A DNA stretch of 64,000 nt from a virus, in IMG/VR virus record IMGVR_UViG_3300035698_026680, positions 1 to 64,000 of that record. The stretch is one strand, 5' to 3'. Positions 47,694 through 57,546 of this stretch are shown piece by piece. How positions within the stretch are numbered: the first letter of the stretch is position 1; every line of letters begins with the position of its first letter. A program made the position numbers and the translations under genes. The notes beneath the pieces were generated by a model. It ran no database searches. It was not told the DNA's origin and was given only the letters and a program-made list of their open reading frames with translations.

Positions 47694-48452
47694 ATGAGTA
47701 AAATATTCGCAATATCCGATATTCATGGGTGCTATGATGAATTGATGGCTTTAATGAAAAAGCTACCCTTGAATCCAATAAAAGACAAAATGGTCTTTCT
47801 TGGTGACTATATTGATCGTGGTCATCAGTCAATGCAGGTAGTCAAGCAATTAATAAAATGGGATAAGAAGTATCCCCATTGGGAATTTCTCTATGGGAAC
47901 CACGAAGACCTGATGCTTGATGCTTTAGTCTATAAAGGTCGGATCTATCATTCCTACGATCTCTGGTACGGTCAGGGGGGCAAAGAAACAGCTAAGAGTT
48001 ACTTTCGTAAGAACATGAATAAATACGACATGGCTATTAGTCAACCGAAGGATCACATAAAATGGAAACATTTAGATTGGCTCAGAAAACGACCAATTTA
48101 TCACGAAACGGAGAAATACTTTTTTGTCCACGCTGCGGTTTTGCCAAATATAACCCTGGCGGAGTTCAAGCATCATATTGATAATAACGAAGCTCCTGTT
48201 AGGGGAGCGGCGATTTGGGCAAGAGAAGACTTTATTAATTGTAAATACGATTGGGGGAAAAAGATTATTTTTGGACACACCGCCAATAGTAGCAATCGAA
48301 AATGGGGAAAACCTTTTGAGCCGATTGTGATGGAAAACAAAATAGGAATAGATACGGCAGTTTGTCCAGGTCGATGCAATAAATTAACGGCAGTCGAATT
48401 GCCAATAGAAAAGTTTTACTTTCAGGAGTACATATGGAAAAACAAAATATAA
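47694..48452 (+). CDS. metallophosphoesterase (Ser/Thr phosphatase-like)
   Basis: DIHG, GDYIDRG, GNHE, HA, GHT and IDT motifs. Confidence 0.92.
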   Translation: MSKIFAISDIHGCYDELMALMKKLPLNPIKDKMVFLGDYIDRGHQSMQVVKQLIKWDKKYPHWEFLYGNHEDLMLDALVYKGRIYHSYDLWYGQGGKETAKSYFRKNMNKYDMAISQPKDHIKWKHLDWLRKRPIYHETEKYFFVHAAVLPNITLAEFKHHIDNNEAPVRGAAIWAREDFINCKYDWGKKIIFGHTANSSNRKWGKPFEPIVMENKIGIDTAVCPGRCNKLTAVELPIEKFYFQEYIWKNKI

Positions 48453-48805
48453 CTGTTTTCAAAATCAGAATAGATAGCATTAAAAAACACGCAATAGGTT
48501 TTGAGTTATTCTCAGGGGAAAGAGTCCAAGATACCTATGTTAATGTTTTGGCTAAAGGCGGCTATGGAGTTAAGGGAAGATTTCTACTTACTCCTAAACA
48601 ATTTGCCGATTTCGCCAATAGACTAATTGCCTATGTCTATCTCAGTCCCAAAGCTTTCAATGACGAAGAACTCTTTGTTCTCTGGGGATTGAGATTGAAT
48701 ATTTTTGATTGTGAAACACAACAGATGTCAGGGACTATTTTTACACATGAAAGACTAAGAAGAATCAAGGAAATATTAAAAACATTAAAAAATAAAAAGA
48801 CCTAA
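48434..48805 (+). CDS. hypothetical protein
   Basis: AGGAG RBS. Confidence 0.65.
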   Translation: MEKQNITVFKIRIDSIKKHAIGFELFSGERVQDTYVNVLAKGGYGVKGRFLLTPKQFADFANRLIAYVYLSPKAFNDEELFVLWGLRLNIFDCETQQMSGTIFTHERLRRIKEILKTLKNKKT

Positions 48806-48814
48806 GGAGGCCAC

Positions 48815-49441
48815 ATGTCAGAAAATGAAGTAAAAGTAAAAGTAAAATATCCTTCTGATGAAGCGATAGTTTTAGACCCAAGGCTTATCAAGCAAGCTAA
48901 GGATTGGGAAGAAATTGTTAGTCTTTGGACTATTTCCAAAGAAATTGATATTAAAAATCAATGGATCAAGGGCGACATTATTAATCGGGCGATTGCTGTT
49001 CATGGAGAAGGCTGTCTAAAAAAGTTTGCCGAACAAGTCAACGAGTCGATTAGAACAATAGAGAATTATCGTAGAGTAGCAAGGGCATTTCCCGCATCAA
49101 TGAGGAATTTGAATATTAGTTGGACCCATTATCTTATTTCTTCTTACTCTGATTCTTATAATCGAAAACTAAAGAAGTTCGTTACTAGAAATCGGTTTGA
49201 CTGGCTTAGGAAAGCTCACGATAATAGCTGGTCTTGTCCCAGGCTAACACAAGAGATTAAAAAGTCTGGAGCAATAGTTGATAGGGGCGATGTCTTTAAC
49301 TATTACGAAGCCTATATCAAAAAGGTCAGACACGTCTTGCTTCATATCGAAAAAGACAAGCTTAAACCAGTAGAAAAGAAAAGGTTAATCGGTATATTAT
49401 TGCACGTCTATAACGAGTTCATGGTTTATCTTGCAAGCTGA
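48815..49441 (+). CDS. putative HTH DNA-binding protein
   Basis: W..GD..FA......RTI.NY.RVA..F..ISWTH. Confidence 0.6.
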   Translation: MSENEVKVKVKYPSDEAIVLDPRLIKQAKDWEEIVSLWTISKEIDIKNQWIKGDIINRAIAVHGEGCLKKFAEQVNESIRTIENYRRVARAFPASMRNLNISWTHYLISSYSDSYNRKLKKFVTRNRFDWLRKAHDNSWSCPRLTQEIKKSGAIVDRGDVFNYYEAYIKKVRHVLLHIEKDKLKPVEKKRLIGILLHVYNEFMVYLAS

Positions 49442-49449
49442 TTTCAGCG

Positions 49450-49478
49450 TTGATTTTAGCCTTGAAATAAGTTATAAT
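49450..49478 (+). promoter_or_regulatory. phage promoter motif
   Basis: TTGATT-17-TATAAT. Confidence 0.8.
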
Positions 49479-49502
49479 TAATATAGAAAATTAGGAGAAT
49501 AA

Positions 49503-50546
49503 ATGGAAAAAAAATACGGTCTAAAACTTGTGGAAGAGTTAAAAAGCGGGAAGAGAAAGAAACTTAAACAAAGTGATACGATTCCCTTCAAATGCACTGC
49601 TTGTGGTAAATGCTGTTTTAACACTGATATTTTATTAAACGCTTACGACATAATTCGATTAAGACATGGGCTTGGAATTTCGACAAAAGAACTACTCCAG
49701 AAAAAATACATTTCTTTTCATATTGGGCCAAGTTCTGGCTTGCCAGTTGCTATGATTGAATTTCAGCAAGTAGACGAAAAACTGTTTCGATGTCCTTTTC
49801 TTTCTCCTGCAATAAGAGCGCAAGTAATAATGGAAGAATTGAAAAAGCTGAAAAAGGTAAAGAGCAAATCAGAAATGAAAAGACTAATGACGATTTTTAA
49901 AGAAAATCCAAGTCAAATAATGAAGGAAATTGGCAAAGTTAAAATTGAAAGATGGCTTTGCTCTGTTCATTCCGATCGACCAATTGTTTGTCGCTTTTAT
50001 CCAACGGGAAGAATTAAATCTGGTAAGAAAAACCAAGAAATTCGAGATTATGAAAACACCTTCTTTCTTCAAGATCCGCCAAAATATTGCAATGGATTCA
50101 AAACTAAGGAAAAACAGACCTTAAAAAAGTTTTTAAAAGATGCTAACTTCTATCAGTATGACGAAGGAAGTGCCAAGTTCTATGAAATCATAGAAAAGCT
50201 AGCTAAATCAGGCCTTTTTGCATCTACAAAAGAGAACAGTAAAAAGTTAGCGACCCATAAACCACTATTATCTGATGGTTCAAAAGTATTTTTCATTATT
50301 GCTAATATGCTCTACAACTTTGATTCCTTCATTTTTTTCTCGGAAGATAACTTGGTTCAAAGAACAATTACTGAAAAAGATCAGACACACGAAAATTTTA
50401 TGTATGTCCTTAGAAAAATAGAAATGATGATTAATTTGCTAATCAAAATTTATAAAACACAGGGCGGAGAAGCCGCCTTTGATCAATTTACAAACATGAT
50501 GCCTAACAAAGGGGGTGAATCGAACAATGGCAAAAGCCAAAACTAA
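49503..50546 (+). CDS. CxxCxxCC (YkgJ-like) protein
   Basis: FKCTACGKCC..CPFL..CSVH.DRPIVCRFYP. Confidence 0.85.
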   Translation: MEKKYGLKLVEELKSGKRKKLKQSDTIPFKCTACGKCCFNTDILLNAYDIIRLRHGLGISTKELLQKKYISFHIGPSSGLPVAMIEFQQVDEKLFRCPFLSPAIRAQVIMEELKKLKKVKSKSEMKRLMTIFKENPSQIMKEIGKVKIERWLCSVHSDRPIVCRFYPTGRIKSGKKNQEIRDYENTFFLQDPPKYCNGFKTKEKQTLKKFLKDANFYQYDEGSAKFYEIIEKLAKSGLFASTKENSKKLATHKPLLSDGSKVFFIIANMLYNFDSFIFFSEDNLVQRTITEKDQTHENFMYVLRKIEMMINLLIKIYKTQGGEAAFDQFTNMMPNKGGESNNGKSQN

Positions 50547-51276
50547 AACTATGAGTAGTTTAACGAAAAAACTAAACGAACCTTTACCAAAAGAAGCTAT
50601 TAAGCAAAGAGAAGGTGGTCGTGGCATGATGCTCGATTACCTAGAAGGCTGGTGGGCGATTAAAAACGCTAACAAGCTTTTTGGTATTGATAATTGGAGT
50701 TACGAAGCTGTTTGGGAGAGATTAGAACACATCACTTTGCCTAATACAGCAAAGGGCAAAAAATCAGGTCTTTACACTGTTCCCGTGATTCTTAAAGTCA
50801 AAATTGGTGATAAAGAAGTAGTTAGAAGCGATATTGGAATGACGCAGTACTACGGAGAACAAGGTAAGGAAATGGCGATTAAAGGTTGTGTTACCGATGC
50901 TCTAAAGAGATGTCTTAGAACCTTTGGTGCTCAATTCGGATTGGAGCTTTACGACAAAGGAGATATTACTCCGCCAACTACCAGGGTTCAGGGTAGAAAG
51001 CCTTATTTATCTCAACAGCAATTAATGGAGCAGTTCAAAATGGATGTTAACCAAAAACCGCCAACTTGCCCTGATTGTCAGTCGGGAATGAAGTTAGTGC
51101 CGAGAAAAGACGGATCTAGTCTATTTTGGAGTTGTCCAAATTGGAGAAGTAAGGGTTGTAAGGGTTACAATGTCGATGATGTCGATATTGATGGAAACCT
51201 TACTCCAAAAAAAGGGGCTATTCCAAAAAAGCCCGTAAAAAAGGATGATGTCAAGACAGACGACATCCCATTCTAA
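50527..51276 (+). CDS. Rad52/Sak-like ssDNA-annealing protein with C4 zinc ribbon and DDIPF tail
   Basis: YLEG....ANKLFG..NWS; A.KG.VTDALKR.LR.FG..FG..LY; CPDC..WSC. Confidence 0.88.
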   Translation: MAKAKTKTMSSLTKKLNEPLPKEAIKQREGGRGMMLDYLEGWWAIKNANKLFGIDNWSYEAVWERLEHITLPNTAKGKKSGLYTVPVILKVKIGDKEVVRSDIGMTQYYGEQGKEMAIKGCVTDALKRCLRTFGAQFGLELYDKGDITPPTTRVQGRKPYLSQQQLMEQFKMDVNQKPPTCPDCQSGMKLVPRKDGSSLFWSCPNWRSKGCKGYNVDDVDIDGNLTPKKGAIPKKPVKKDDVKTDDIPF

Positions 51277-51328
51277 TTAAAAACTGGGGGGTTTGTTAAA
51301 ACTCACAAGCCCCCCTTGGATCATTACT

Positions 51329-51712
51329 ATGAAAAAAACACATAAACAACTATTCGAAATACTTATCAAATTTTTAGACGTTAAGTCATGGGATTTTATG
51401 GGGTGGAAGGAGAAAATGGTGTATTGGAGAGTTGGTAACTATTCAGCATCAGACTTACTTTCATTGATGATTTTATGCGATTTTGACTCCAAGGAAATAA
51501 TTTACGACCTTGCAACAATCCTAGGCCAGGAGGAAGTAAGGAAGTTGGTTTTTGGGGAAGAGATATTAGACATTGAAGAACTAGGATTTGAAGCAATTAC
51601 CGATAAGACAAAGACGGTATCTTTTAAATTTCACTCACTCGCTATGATTCTCACCGGCAACCCCATAGACTGGTTAAAATATGCAATCAGGTTTATTGAA
51701 GGGAAAAAATGA
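51329..51712 (+). CDS. hypothetical protein
   Basis: ORF after hairpin 51286-51315. Confidence 0.6.
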   Translation: MKKTHKQLFEILIKFLDVKSWDFMGWKEKMVYWRVGNYSASDLLSLMILCDFDSKEIIYDLATILGQEEVRKLVFGEEILDIEELGFEAITDKTKTVSFKFHSLAMILTGNPIDWLKYAIRFIEGKK

Positions 51713-51891
51713 AAAAAATACTTGTCTATCGCCGAACAGTTATCTGGGAATTCAAATTCAAAAGATGCTTTAGATGCAAAAGAAGGGTTTGGCCTTTCGA
51801 AAAAAGGGCAAAATCAATAGTATTTTATAAACATAAAAAGAAGCGAAAAAGATTAACTTATTGTATTAAATGTTTAAAGGAGCTAGCATGA
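51709..51891 (+). CDS. small basic zinc-finger protein
   Basis: CFRC..CIKC. Confidence 0.55.
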   Translation: MKKILVYRRTVIWEFKFKRCFRCKRRVWPFEKRAKSIVFYKHKKKRKRLTYCIKCLKELA

Positions 51892-52646
51892 GAAATTATG
51901 ATTGCCAAGATTCACATAATGAAGGACAGTTCCCGGGGTTCCCAGAGAAGCTACAATATCAATCATGGCAATTTCCATCTATCATTAATGGTTTTGTTCA
52001 TTCGTTAACAGGGGCAGAATTTAAGGTTCTTTGGTACATTTTACGACACACTTTTGGATGGCAAAAAAACACCGATAGACTATCAATTTCACAGATACAA
52101 AAAGGAATTACTAAAAAAAACGGGGAAATTCTCGATAGTGGAACAGGCCTATCACGACCTAGCGTTATAAAATCAGCTAGTAATTTAGAAACAATGGGGT
52201 TTATTGAGACTAAAAAAGCCCCGGGGAAAGTAACTGTTTATACAGTTCGACTAGTAAAGAATTTTAACCAGACTAGTAAAAAAAGTTTACCAGTCGCTAG
52301 TAAAGAAATTTTACCCACAATAAATAATAATACAAAAAATAATAATACAAATATTCACGAACAAAAAATTCGTGTGTATAAAAGATTCCCAAAAGAGAAA
52401 CAACAATGCGTTCATAGACTTTGTTATCACTTAGAAGATTTGACTGGAACAAGAATCGTTAATTGGGGCAAGCAAGGAAAAGCGATGAGTGCAATGTTAA
52501 GAGCTGGTTTTACCGAAGAAGAAATTAAAAGAACAATCACTTATATGGCTAAAGGCGATGAATTTTTTAGCGATAAAGGTTTTGATCTCGTAACTGTAAG
52601 CAATAGCATTGGCCGTTATAAATCAATGTCAGAAAGGAAATTATGA
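51888..52646 (+). CDS. replication initiator (lambda O-like winged HTH)
   Basis: E.KVL.YI.R.TFGWQK..D.LS.SQ..TGLSR.SV. Confidence 0.8.
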   Translation: MRNYDCQDSHNEGQFPGFPEKLQYQSWQFPSIINGFVHSLTGAEFKVLWYILRHTFGWQKNTDRLSISQIQKGITKKNGEILDSGTGLSRPSVIKSASNLETMGFIETKKAPGKVTVYTVRLVKNFNQTSKKSLPVASKEILPTINNNTKNNNTNIHEQKIRVYKRFPKEKQQCVHRLCYHLEDLTGTRIVNWGKQGKAMSAMLRAGFTEEEIKRTITYMAKGDEFFSDKGFDLVTVSNSIGRYKSMSERKL

Positions 52647-52939
52647 AACTAACAAAAGAAGAAAGAAACCTTTTACTGTTTCTCGAATACACTGCAGTAG
52701 ATCAATGGGGCTGGGTCAAAGACATAAGACATTTAAACGCAGGAGATCTTGAGATTATGAAACAGTGGAATAAGTCTGGTTTTGTTTTATCAAAGCGAGC
52801 CCATAAAAGTAAAGGCAAGCTAACCCAACTCACCTATGTTGTTAAACTTTCTCCTGAAGCATGGGGGATGGCTCACAAGCTAAGGAGAGAAAAAGCAGAA
52901 AGACATATTCCAGAAAAATTTAATAAGGAGAAAATATGA
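52643..52939 (+). CDS. hypothetical protein
   Basis: coupled ORF. Confidence 0.7.
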   Translation: MKLTKEERNLLLFLEYTAVDQWGWVKDIRHLNAGDLEIMKQWNKSGFVLSKRAHKSKGKLTQLTYVVKLSPEAWGMAHKLRREKAERHIPEKFNKEKI

Positions 52940-54117
52940 AAGTAATAAACAAAAAAAACTATAAAGTACCAGTTTTTAATTGGTGTCCAGAAATTGAAGA
53001 TGGTGCTATGGCTCAAATAGACAACTTGGCACAATTGCCATTTGTATTTAAAAGAATTTCAATAATGAGTGACTGCCATCAAGGGTACGGGATGCCTATT
53101 GGTGGAGTTATGGCCGCCGAAGGCGTAATAGTTCCAAATGCTGTCGGTGTCGATATTGGTTGCGGAATGTGTGCGGTCAAAAGCAATTTGCGAGCAATTG
53201 ATACCGATTTGCTTAAAAAGATAATGGGGGAGATTAGGAAAGTAATTCCTTTGGGATTTAATAAGCATGATAAAGAACAAGATATCAAATTAATGCCCGA
53301 CAATGAAGAATTAAAGCTAATAGTTTATCAAGAGTATAACAACGCCCTAAAATCTCTCGGCTCTCTCGGTGGTGGTAACCACTTTATCGAAATCCAAAAA
53401 GGCGACGATGGTCATATTTGGATTATGATTCATTCTGGAAGTAGAAACTTGGGGTTCAAGGTAGCCCAACACTACAACAAACTGGCGGTTGAATTAAACG
53501 AAAAATGGAAAAGCGAAGTTCCTAAGAGTTGGGGGTTAGCTTTTTTACCAGTGGATTCTCAGGAAGGTCAAGACTACATAAAAGAAATGCAATACTGTGT
53601 TGACTTTGCTTTGGCCAATCGCAAGTTGATGATGGAAAGAGTGAAGGGAATTGTTGCTAAGGTTATTCAGGAAAGTTGGATTGATGGAATAATATCTATT
53701 GGATTCGAGCCAATGATAAATATAGCCCACAACTATGCTTCTTTAGAGAATCACTTTGGGAAGAATGTATGGGTACATAGAAAAGGGGCCACAAAAGCGA
53801 CCAAGGGGTTAGTAGGCATAATTCCTGGCTCACAAGGGACTAAAAGCTATATTGTCGAAGGCTTGGGCAATAAAGAGTCGTTTATGTCTTGTTCTCATGG
53901 AGCGGGTAGAAAAATGAGTCGAAGCCAAGCAAGGAAAGAACTAAGCCTTGTGGAAGAACAATACAAAATGGAAGGTATTGTTCACGGGATCAGAAGCGCT
54001 CAAGACTTAGATGAAGCCCCAGGATCTTATAAAGACATTGGCAAAGTGATGGAAAATCAAAAAGACCTAGTTAAAATTTTAGTTGAGTTAACACCACTAG
54101 CTGTTATTAAAAGTTAA
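52936..54117 (+). CDS. rtcB: RtcB RNA ligase
   Basis: DCHQGYG.PIG, VGVDIGCG, GGGNHFIE, HSGSR, HRKGA and SCSHGAGR motifs. Confidence 0.97.
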   Translation: MKVINKKNYKVPVFNWCPEIEDGAMAQIDNLAQLPFVFKRISIMSDCHQGYGMPIGGVMAAEGVIVPNAVGVDIGCGMCAVKSNLRAIDTDLLKKIMGEIRKVIPLGFNKHDKEQDIKLMPDNEELKLIVYQEYNNALKSLGSLGGGNHFIEIQKGDDGHIWIMIHSGSRNLGFKVAQHYNKLAVELNEKWKSEVPKSWGLAFLPVDSQEGQDYIKEMQYCVDFALANRKLMMERVKGIVAKVIQESWIDGIISIGFEPMINIAHNYASLENHFGKNVWVHRKGATKATKGLVGIIPGSQGTKSYIVEGLGNKESFMSCSHGAGRKMSRSQARKELSLVEEQYKMEGIVHGIRSAQDLDEAPGSYKDIGKVMENQKDLVKILVELTPLAVIKS

Positions 54118-54126
54118 AGGAGAATT

Positions 54127-54564
54127 ATGTATAACCAAGGCCAACAATCAAACAGGGCTTTAAAGCAAGAAAAAGATAAACTTGAAATGCGGAAAACAAT
54201 GCTTGAAAGAACAACCGAAGTTACGACCTATCTGGCTTGGGGTCAATTACCACCATTAGAAAAGCTAAGGATTAAAAATGAATGGATTGCCTATTATGCA
54301 AAAGTTTCCCAAACTCAATCTTTTAAAGAGTTTATGGAAATGAGAGACGCTTACAAAGAAAACAAAATGGCCAGAGTAAAAGAATTGACTCTTAAAGCTA
54401 AGAAAAGAAGGGAAGATAAAAACTTTATGCCCAAACCACAAGATACTGATCCCTGGGAATTCTCTCATGGAGTGTGTGGAACCTATCAGGGTGTTTGCAA
54501 CCGAATTGAACAAATTAGTTTAAAGTTAACAGGAGTTAAAGATGTCCAAGAAATTTTTAAATAA
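54127..54564 (+). CDS. hypothetical protein
   Basis: AAGGAG RBS. Confidence 0.7.
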   Translation: MYNQGQQSNRALKQEKDKLEMRKTMLERTTEVTTYLAWGQLPPLEKLRIKNEWIAYYAKVSQTQSFKEFMEMRDAYKENKMARVKELTLKAKKRREDKNFMPKPQDTDPWEFSHGVCGTYQGVCNRIEQISLKLTGVKDVQEIFK

Positions 54565-54690
54565 AGTTAATATTCTGAATCGCTGGGTAATAACCAGGAT
54601 TCCGGTAGGGAAAGATGCTGTTCCACTAAAGTGGCGAGTTAGCACTAGGTATAATATCTTAGGTTTTAAATTTATTATTTGGGAGTTAAA

Positions 54691-55149
54691 ATGAAAAAAA
54701 GAAAAAGTAAAATATTAAAAATCGCTCTCGTTTTTCTAATTCTTGGTCTATATGTAGATGTTCGAATGATGCGTAAAGGCGATGGTATTTGTGTTGGGAC
54801 TGCCAAACAAAGGACTTTTAACATTCAAGTTATCGTTCCTTTTAGACCCCAAAGAGAAATATTTTATTTTGGAGTCGGAAATAGACACTACAATCATAAT
54901 CGTTATACTACTTATTACATTGACAAAGAAAGAGTTGACGATGAAGGATCGCCTATTGTTTTAGGAAAAAAGACTATTGAAAATGGCTGTTCTGTAAGAT
55001 ACGAAGGAGAAGATAGAAGTTGGTTTGGCCGCCATGCTCATTATATTAATTTAAGACCCTTTAATCGAATCAGAGAAGACGGGATAGTTGATTGGCATTT
55101 TGACGAAAGATACATGACTCAAGAAGATTACAAGGAGTGGTACAAATAA
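54691..55149 (+). CDS. membrane-anchored or exported protein
   Basis: basic N-terminus plus TM. Confidence 0.65.
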   Translation: MKKRKSKILKIALVFLILGLYVDVRMMRKGDGICVGTAKQRTFNIQVIVPFRPQREIFYFGVGNRHYNHNRYTTYYIDKERVDDEGSPIVLGKKTIENGCSVRYEGEDRSWFGRHAHYINLRPFNRIREDGIVDWHFDERYMTQEDYKEWYK

Positions 55150-55505
55150 TGTACGGAAAAGTAGCTATCGACCAATTCGGATTGTTTATTTGCGAGTTTC
55201 CCGTTAGGGGGGCGAATGGCGAACTGGAAACTTGCAAGCATAGGGCCAAAGATCTAGTAAGGCATCTTAGAAGTCATGGAATAAGCTCCAAAGACTATAA
55301 AAAGATGCTCGGGCTAAATCGGAAGGAGTCGCTCCTTAGTGAAGAAACACTAAAAAGTCTCAGGAAGGCCAACATCAAGTACAAAAATTATGAGAATCTC
55401 GAAAAGGGCAAACCGTTTAGATTTAGAAAGGGCAGTTCCCATGCACAAAAGTATGATCGAAGCGAACAAACAAAAAAGAGATTACGGGGCTTGCGAAAAA
55501 AGTAA
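55149..55505 (+). CDS. MucR/Ros-like zinc-finger protein
   Basis: ICE..C..L.RHLRSHGI...DYKK..GL. Confidence 0.65.
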   Translation: MYGKVAIDQFGLFICEFPVRGANGELETCKHRAKDLVRHLRSHGISSKDYKKMLGLNRKESLLSEETLKSLRKANIKYKNYENLEKGKPFRFRKGSSHAQKYDRSEQTKKRLRGLRKK

Positions 55506-55519
55506 AAAAAGATTATAAT
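55491..55519 (+). promoter_or_regulatory. sigma70-type promoter
   Basis: TTGCGA-17-TATAAT. Confidence 0.6.
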
Positions 55520-55539
55520 ATACTCAGAAAAGGAAAATT

Positions 55540-55824
55540 ATGAAAACAGAAGAAAAAGAGAAGAAATCCTACGATACGACCAACTTCCACATTTTTGTTT
55601 GGCTTTTAATGAACGATGTTCCCTTGATTAAAGTCTTTTGGGCCAGTGATAAATCGGGTGACAGAGATCAGGCACATTTTGTTTTTGAAGACTTCCCTAA
55701 AAGAAAAGAATTGATTGACAAGTTTTTTGAACAAAAGCAATTACAAAAGTGGATTATAACTACTCAGGAAGCTAAGTCTCGAATGTACGCCAATCGGACA
55801 CCTGTTGAATATGACCGTAAATAG
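55540..55824 (+). CDS. DUF5659-like protein
   Basis: Y.T.NF.I...L......L..FVF pattern. Confidence 0.55.
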   Translation: MKTEEKEKKSYDTTNFHIFVWLLMNDVPLIKVFWASDKSGDRDQAHFVFEDFPKRKELIDKFFEQKQLQKWIITTQEAKSRMYANRTPVEYDRK

Positions 55825-56794
55825 CCTAGACAAAGTTGTTCTGAAATTAAACAAGAAATTCGGCCAAAACACTATCGGCAGGGTTAATGTAATGCCGGAT
55901 CTTAAAATCAAAAAGATTTCTTCTGGATCTCCCTATCTTGATTGGGCTCTTGGTGGTGGTTGGCCTTTAGGTAGGTCAATCGAACTATATGGCCCTGCTT
56001 CCGCAGGCAAATCTCTAACTGCTCTAAGAACCATTATCGAAGCTCAGAAATTAGGCAAAAGATGCGTTTATTTAGATGCTGAAAATACCTTCGATCCCGA
56101 CTTCGCTAAGTCAGTTGGCGTTGACACTGATAAGCTAGTTGTCTCTCAAATGACGGGGGGAGAAAATGTATTTGATACAATTAATCTTCTTTTAGAATCC
56201 GATGTTTCTATTATTGTTGTTGATACTGTGGCTTCATTACTTCCTGAATACGAAGAAAACGAAGAAACGGGGAAAATGACAATAGGCTTGCATGCTCGAT
56301 TGATGAGTAAGGCAATGAGAAAAATAACAGGGAAAGCTTCTAAAAACAAGACTCTCATTTTTTTCATTAATCAGATAAGAGAGAAAATAGGGGGCTATGG
56401 AAATCCTGAAATAACAACAGGTGGTAGAGCCTTAACATTTTATGCTTCGTTAAGAGTTGAAGTTAGGCGCGGTGAATTTTTAACTGAAGGCAAGAAAAAA
56501 ATCGGCCATCAAATCAAATTTAAGGTTACTAAATCTAAAATCGGCCAACCCTGGCGAAATGGCTACTTCTTATTTTACTGGCCTGACTCTCAAAATCCCA
56601 ATCTTGAATTATTTGATAATGCCGATGAGTTAGTCTCAATGTTGCTAATTCAAGGTAAAATTAAAAGGCGTGGGGCTTACTATGATGTTGTTGGTAAGAC
56701 TTTTCAGGGCAGAGAAGAATTAGAACAGGAAGTTAGAAGTAATCCAAAATTTAATAAAAAATTAACAGAGCTATGGAATCCACAGGACCAGTAA
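55811..56794 (+). CDS. recA: RecA-family recombinase
   Basis: GPASAGKS, YLDAE, ARLMSKAMRK, FINQIR and TTGGRALTFYAS motifs. Confidence 0.95.
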   Translation: MTVNSLDKVVLKLNKKFGQNTIGRVNVMPDLKIKKISSGSPYLDWALGGGWPLGRSIELYGPASAGKSLTALRTIIEAQKLGKRCVYLDAENTFDPDFAKSVGVDTDKLVVSQMTGGENVFDTINLLLESDVSIIVVDTVASLLPEYEENEETGKMTIGLHARLMSKAMRKITGKASKNKTLIFFINQIREKIGGYGNPEITTGGRALTFYASLRVEVRRGEFLTEGKKKIGHQIKFKVTKSKIGQPWRNGYFLFYWPDSQNPNLELFDNADELVSMLLIQGKIKRRGAYYDVVGKTFQGREELEQEVRSNPKFNKKLTELWNPQDQ

Positions 56795-57327
56795 GTATCT
56801 TTGAAGAAGACCTAAAATTTAGCGAAGATGCAACAACAGAACAAATTATCAAAGAGATTTTGCTTAAATACATTCCTGGGGCAATCGAAGTAAAAAAAGC
56901 CGAGAAATGGCAAGATAAACAGGGAACGGATTATTGGGTTCATTGCGGTACTAAAAGACCACCTTTATCAATAGATGCAAAGGTAAGAAGTGTCGATCCC
57001 GTAGAAGAAATGAATAAGGGAAAAATGGGATTTAAGGACGATTTAGCACTTGAAACATGGAGCAAAATTGGAACACAGGTTGGCTGGACAAGAGACAGAA
57101 AAAAAAGAACCGATTATATTCTTTGGTTTTTTGAGTCAACTAGAAGATGGGCTCTTGTTCCGTTCATAATGTTATGCGGAGTTTTTGAAAAATATTGGGA
57201 AGAATGGAAAGGAATTTATAAGGTGAAGACCCACACCTGCAGGGGAGATCTTGACACTTGGGAAAGTGAATGCGTTTTTGTTCCTAGACAAGTAATTTGG
57301 GACAAAATGCAAGAAATGTATGGTTAA
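56773..57327 (+). CDS. PD-(D/E)xK nuclease-like protein
   Basis: DKQGTD..IDAK.R..LETWS..GW. Confidence 0.6.
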   Translation: MESTGPVSIFEEDLKFSEDATTEQIIKEILLKYIPGAIEVKKAEKWQDKQGTDYWVHCGTKRPPLSIDAKVRSVDPVEEMNKGKMGFKDDLALETWSKIGTQVGWTRDRKKRTDYILWFFESTRRWALVPFIMLCGVFEKYWEEWKGIYKVKTHTCRGDLDTWESECVFVPRQVIWDKMQEMYG

Positions 57328-57350
57328 TTAATAAACGAAAGGGGGCTAAA

Positions 57351-57512
57351 ATGGGACCATCATTAGAAAAACAAATTGAATCAATAATGAAAAAAGTGAG
57401 AGATTATCAAAAAGAAGCTGGTCGATCAGAAAAAGGAAGAATGTGGGCGATTGTTAACACTCATTTAGAAACAGCAAAACTGTACGCTAAAGAAATTAAA
57501 ACAATAGAATAA
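57351..57512 (+). CDS. small helical hypothetical protein
   Basis: GGGGG RBS; GR..AI..T.LETA. Confidence 0.55.
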   Translation: MGPSLEKQIESIMKKVRDYQKEAGRSEKGRMWAIVNTHLETAKLYAKEIKTIE

Positions 57513-57546
57513 ACTAATCATTATATTAAAACGAAAGGATATTGAA

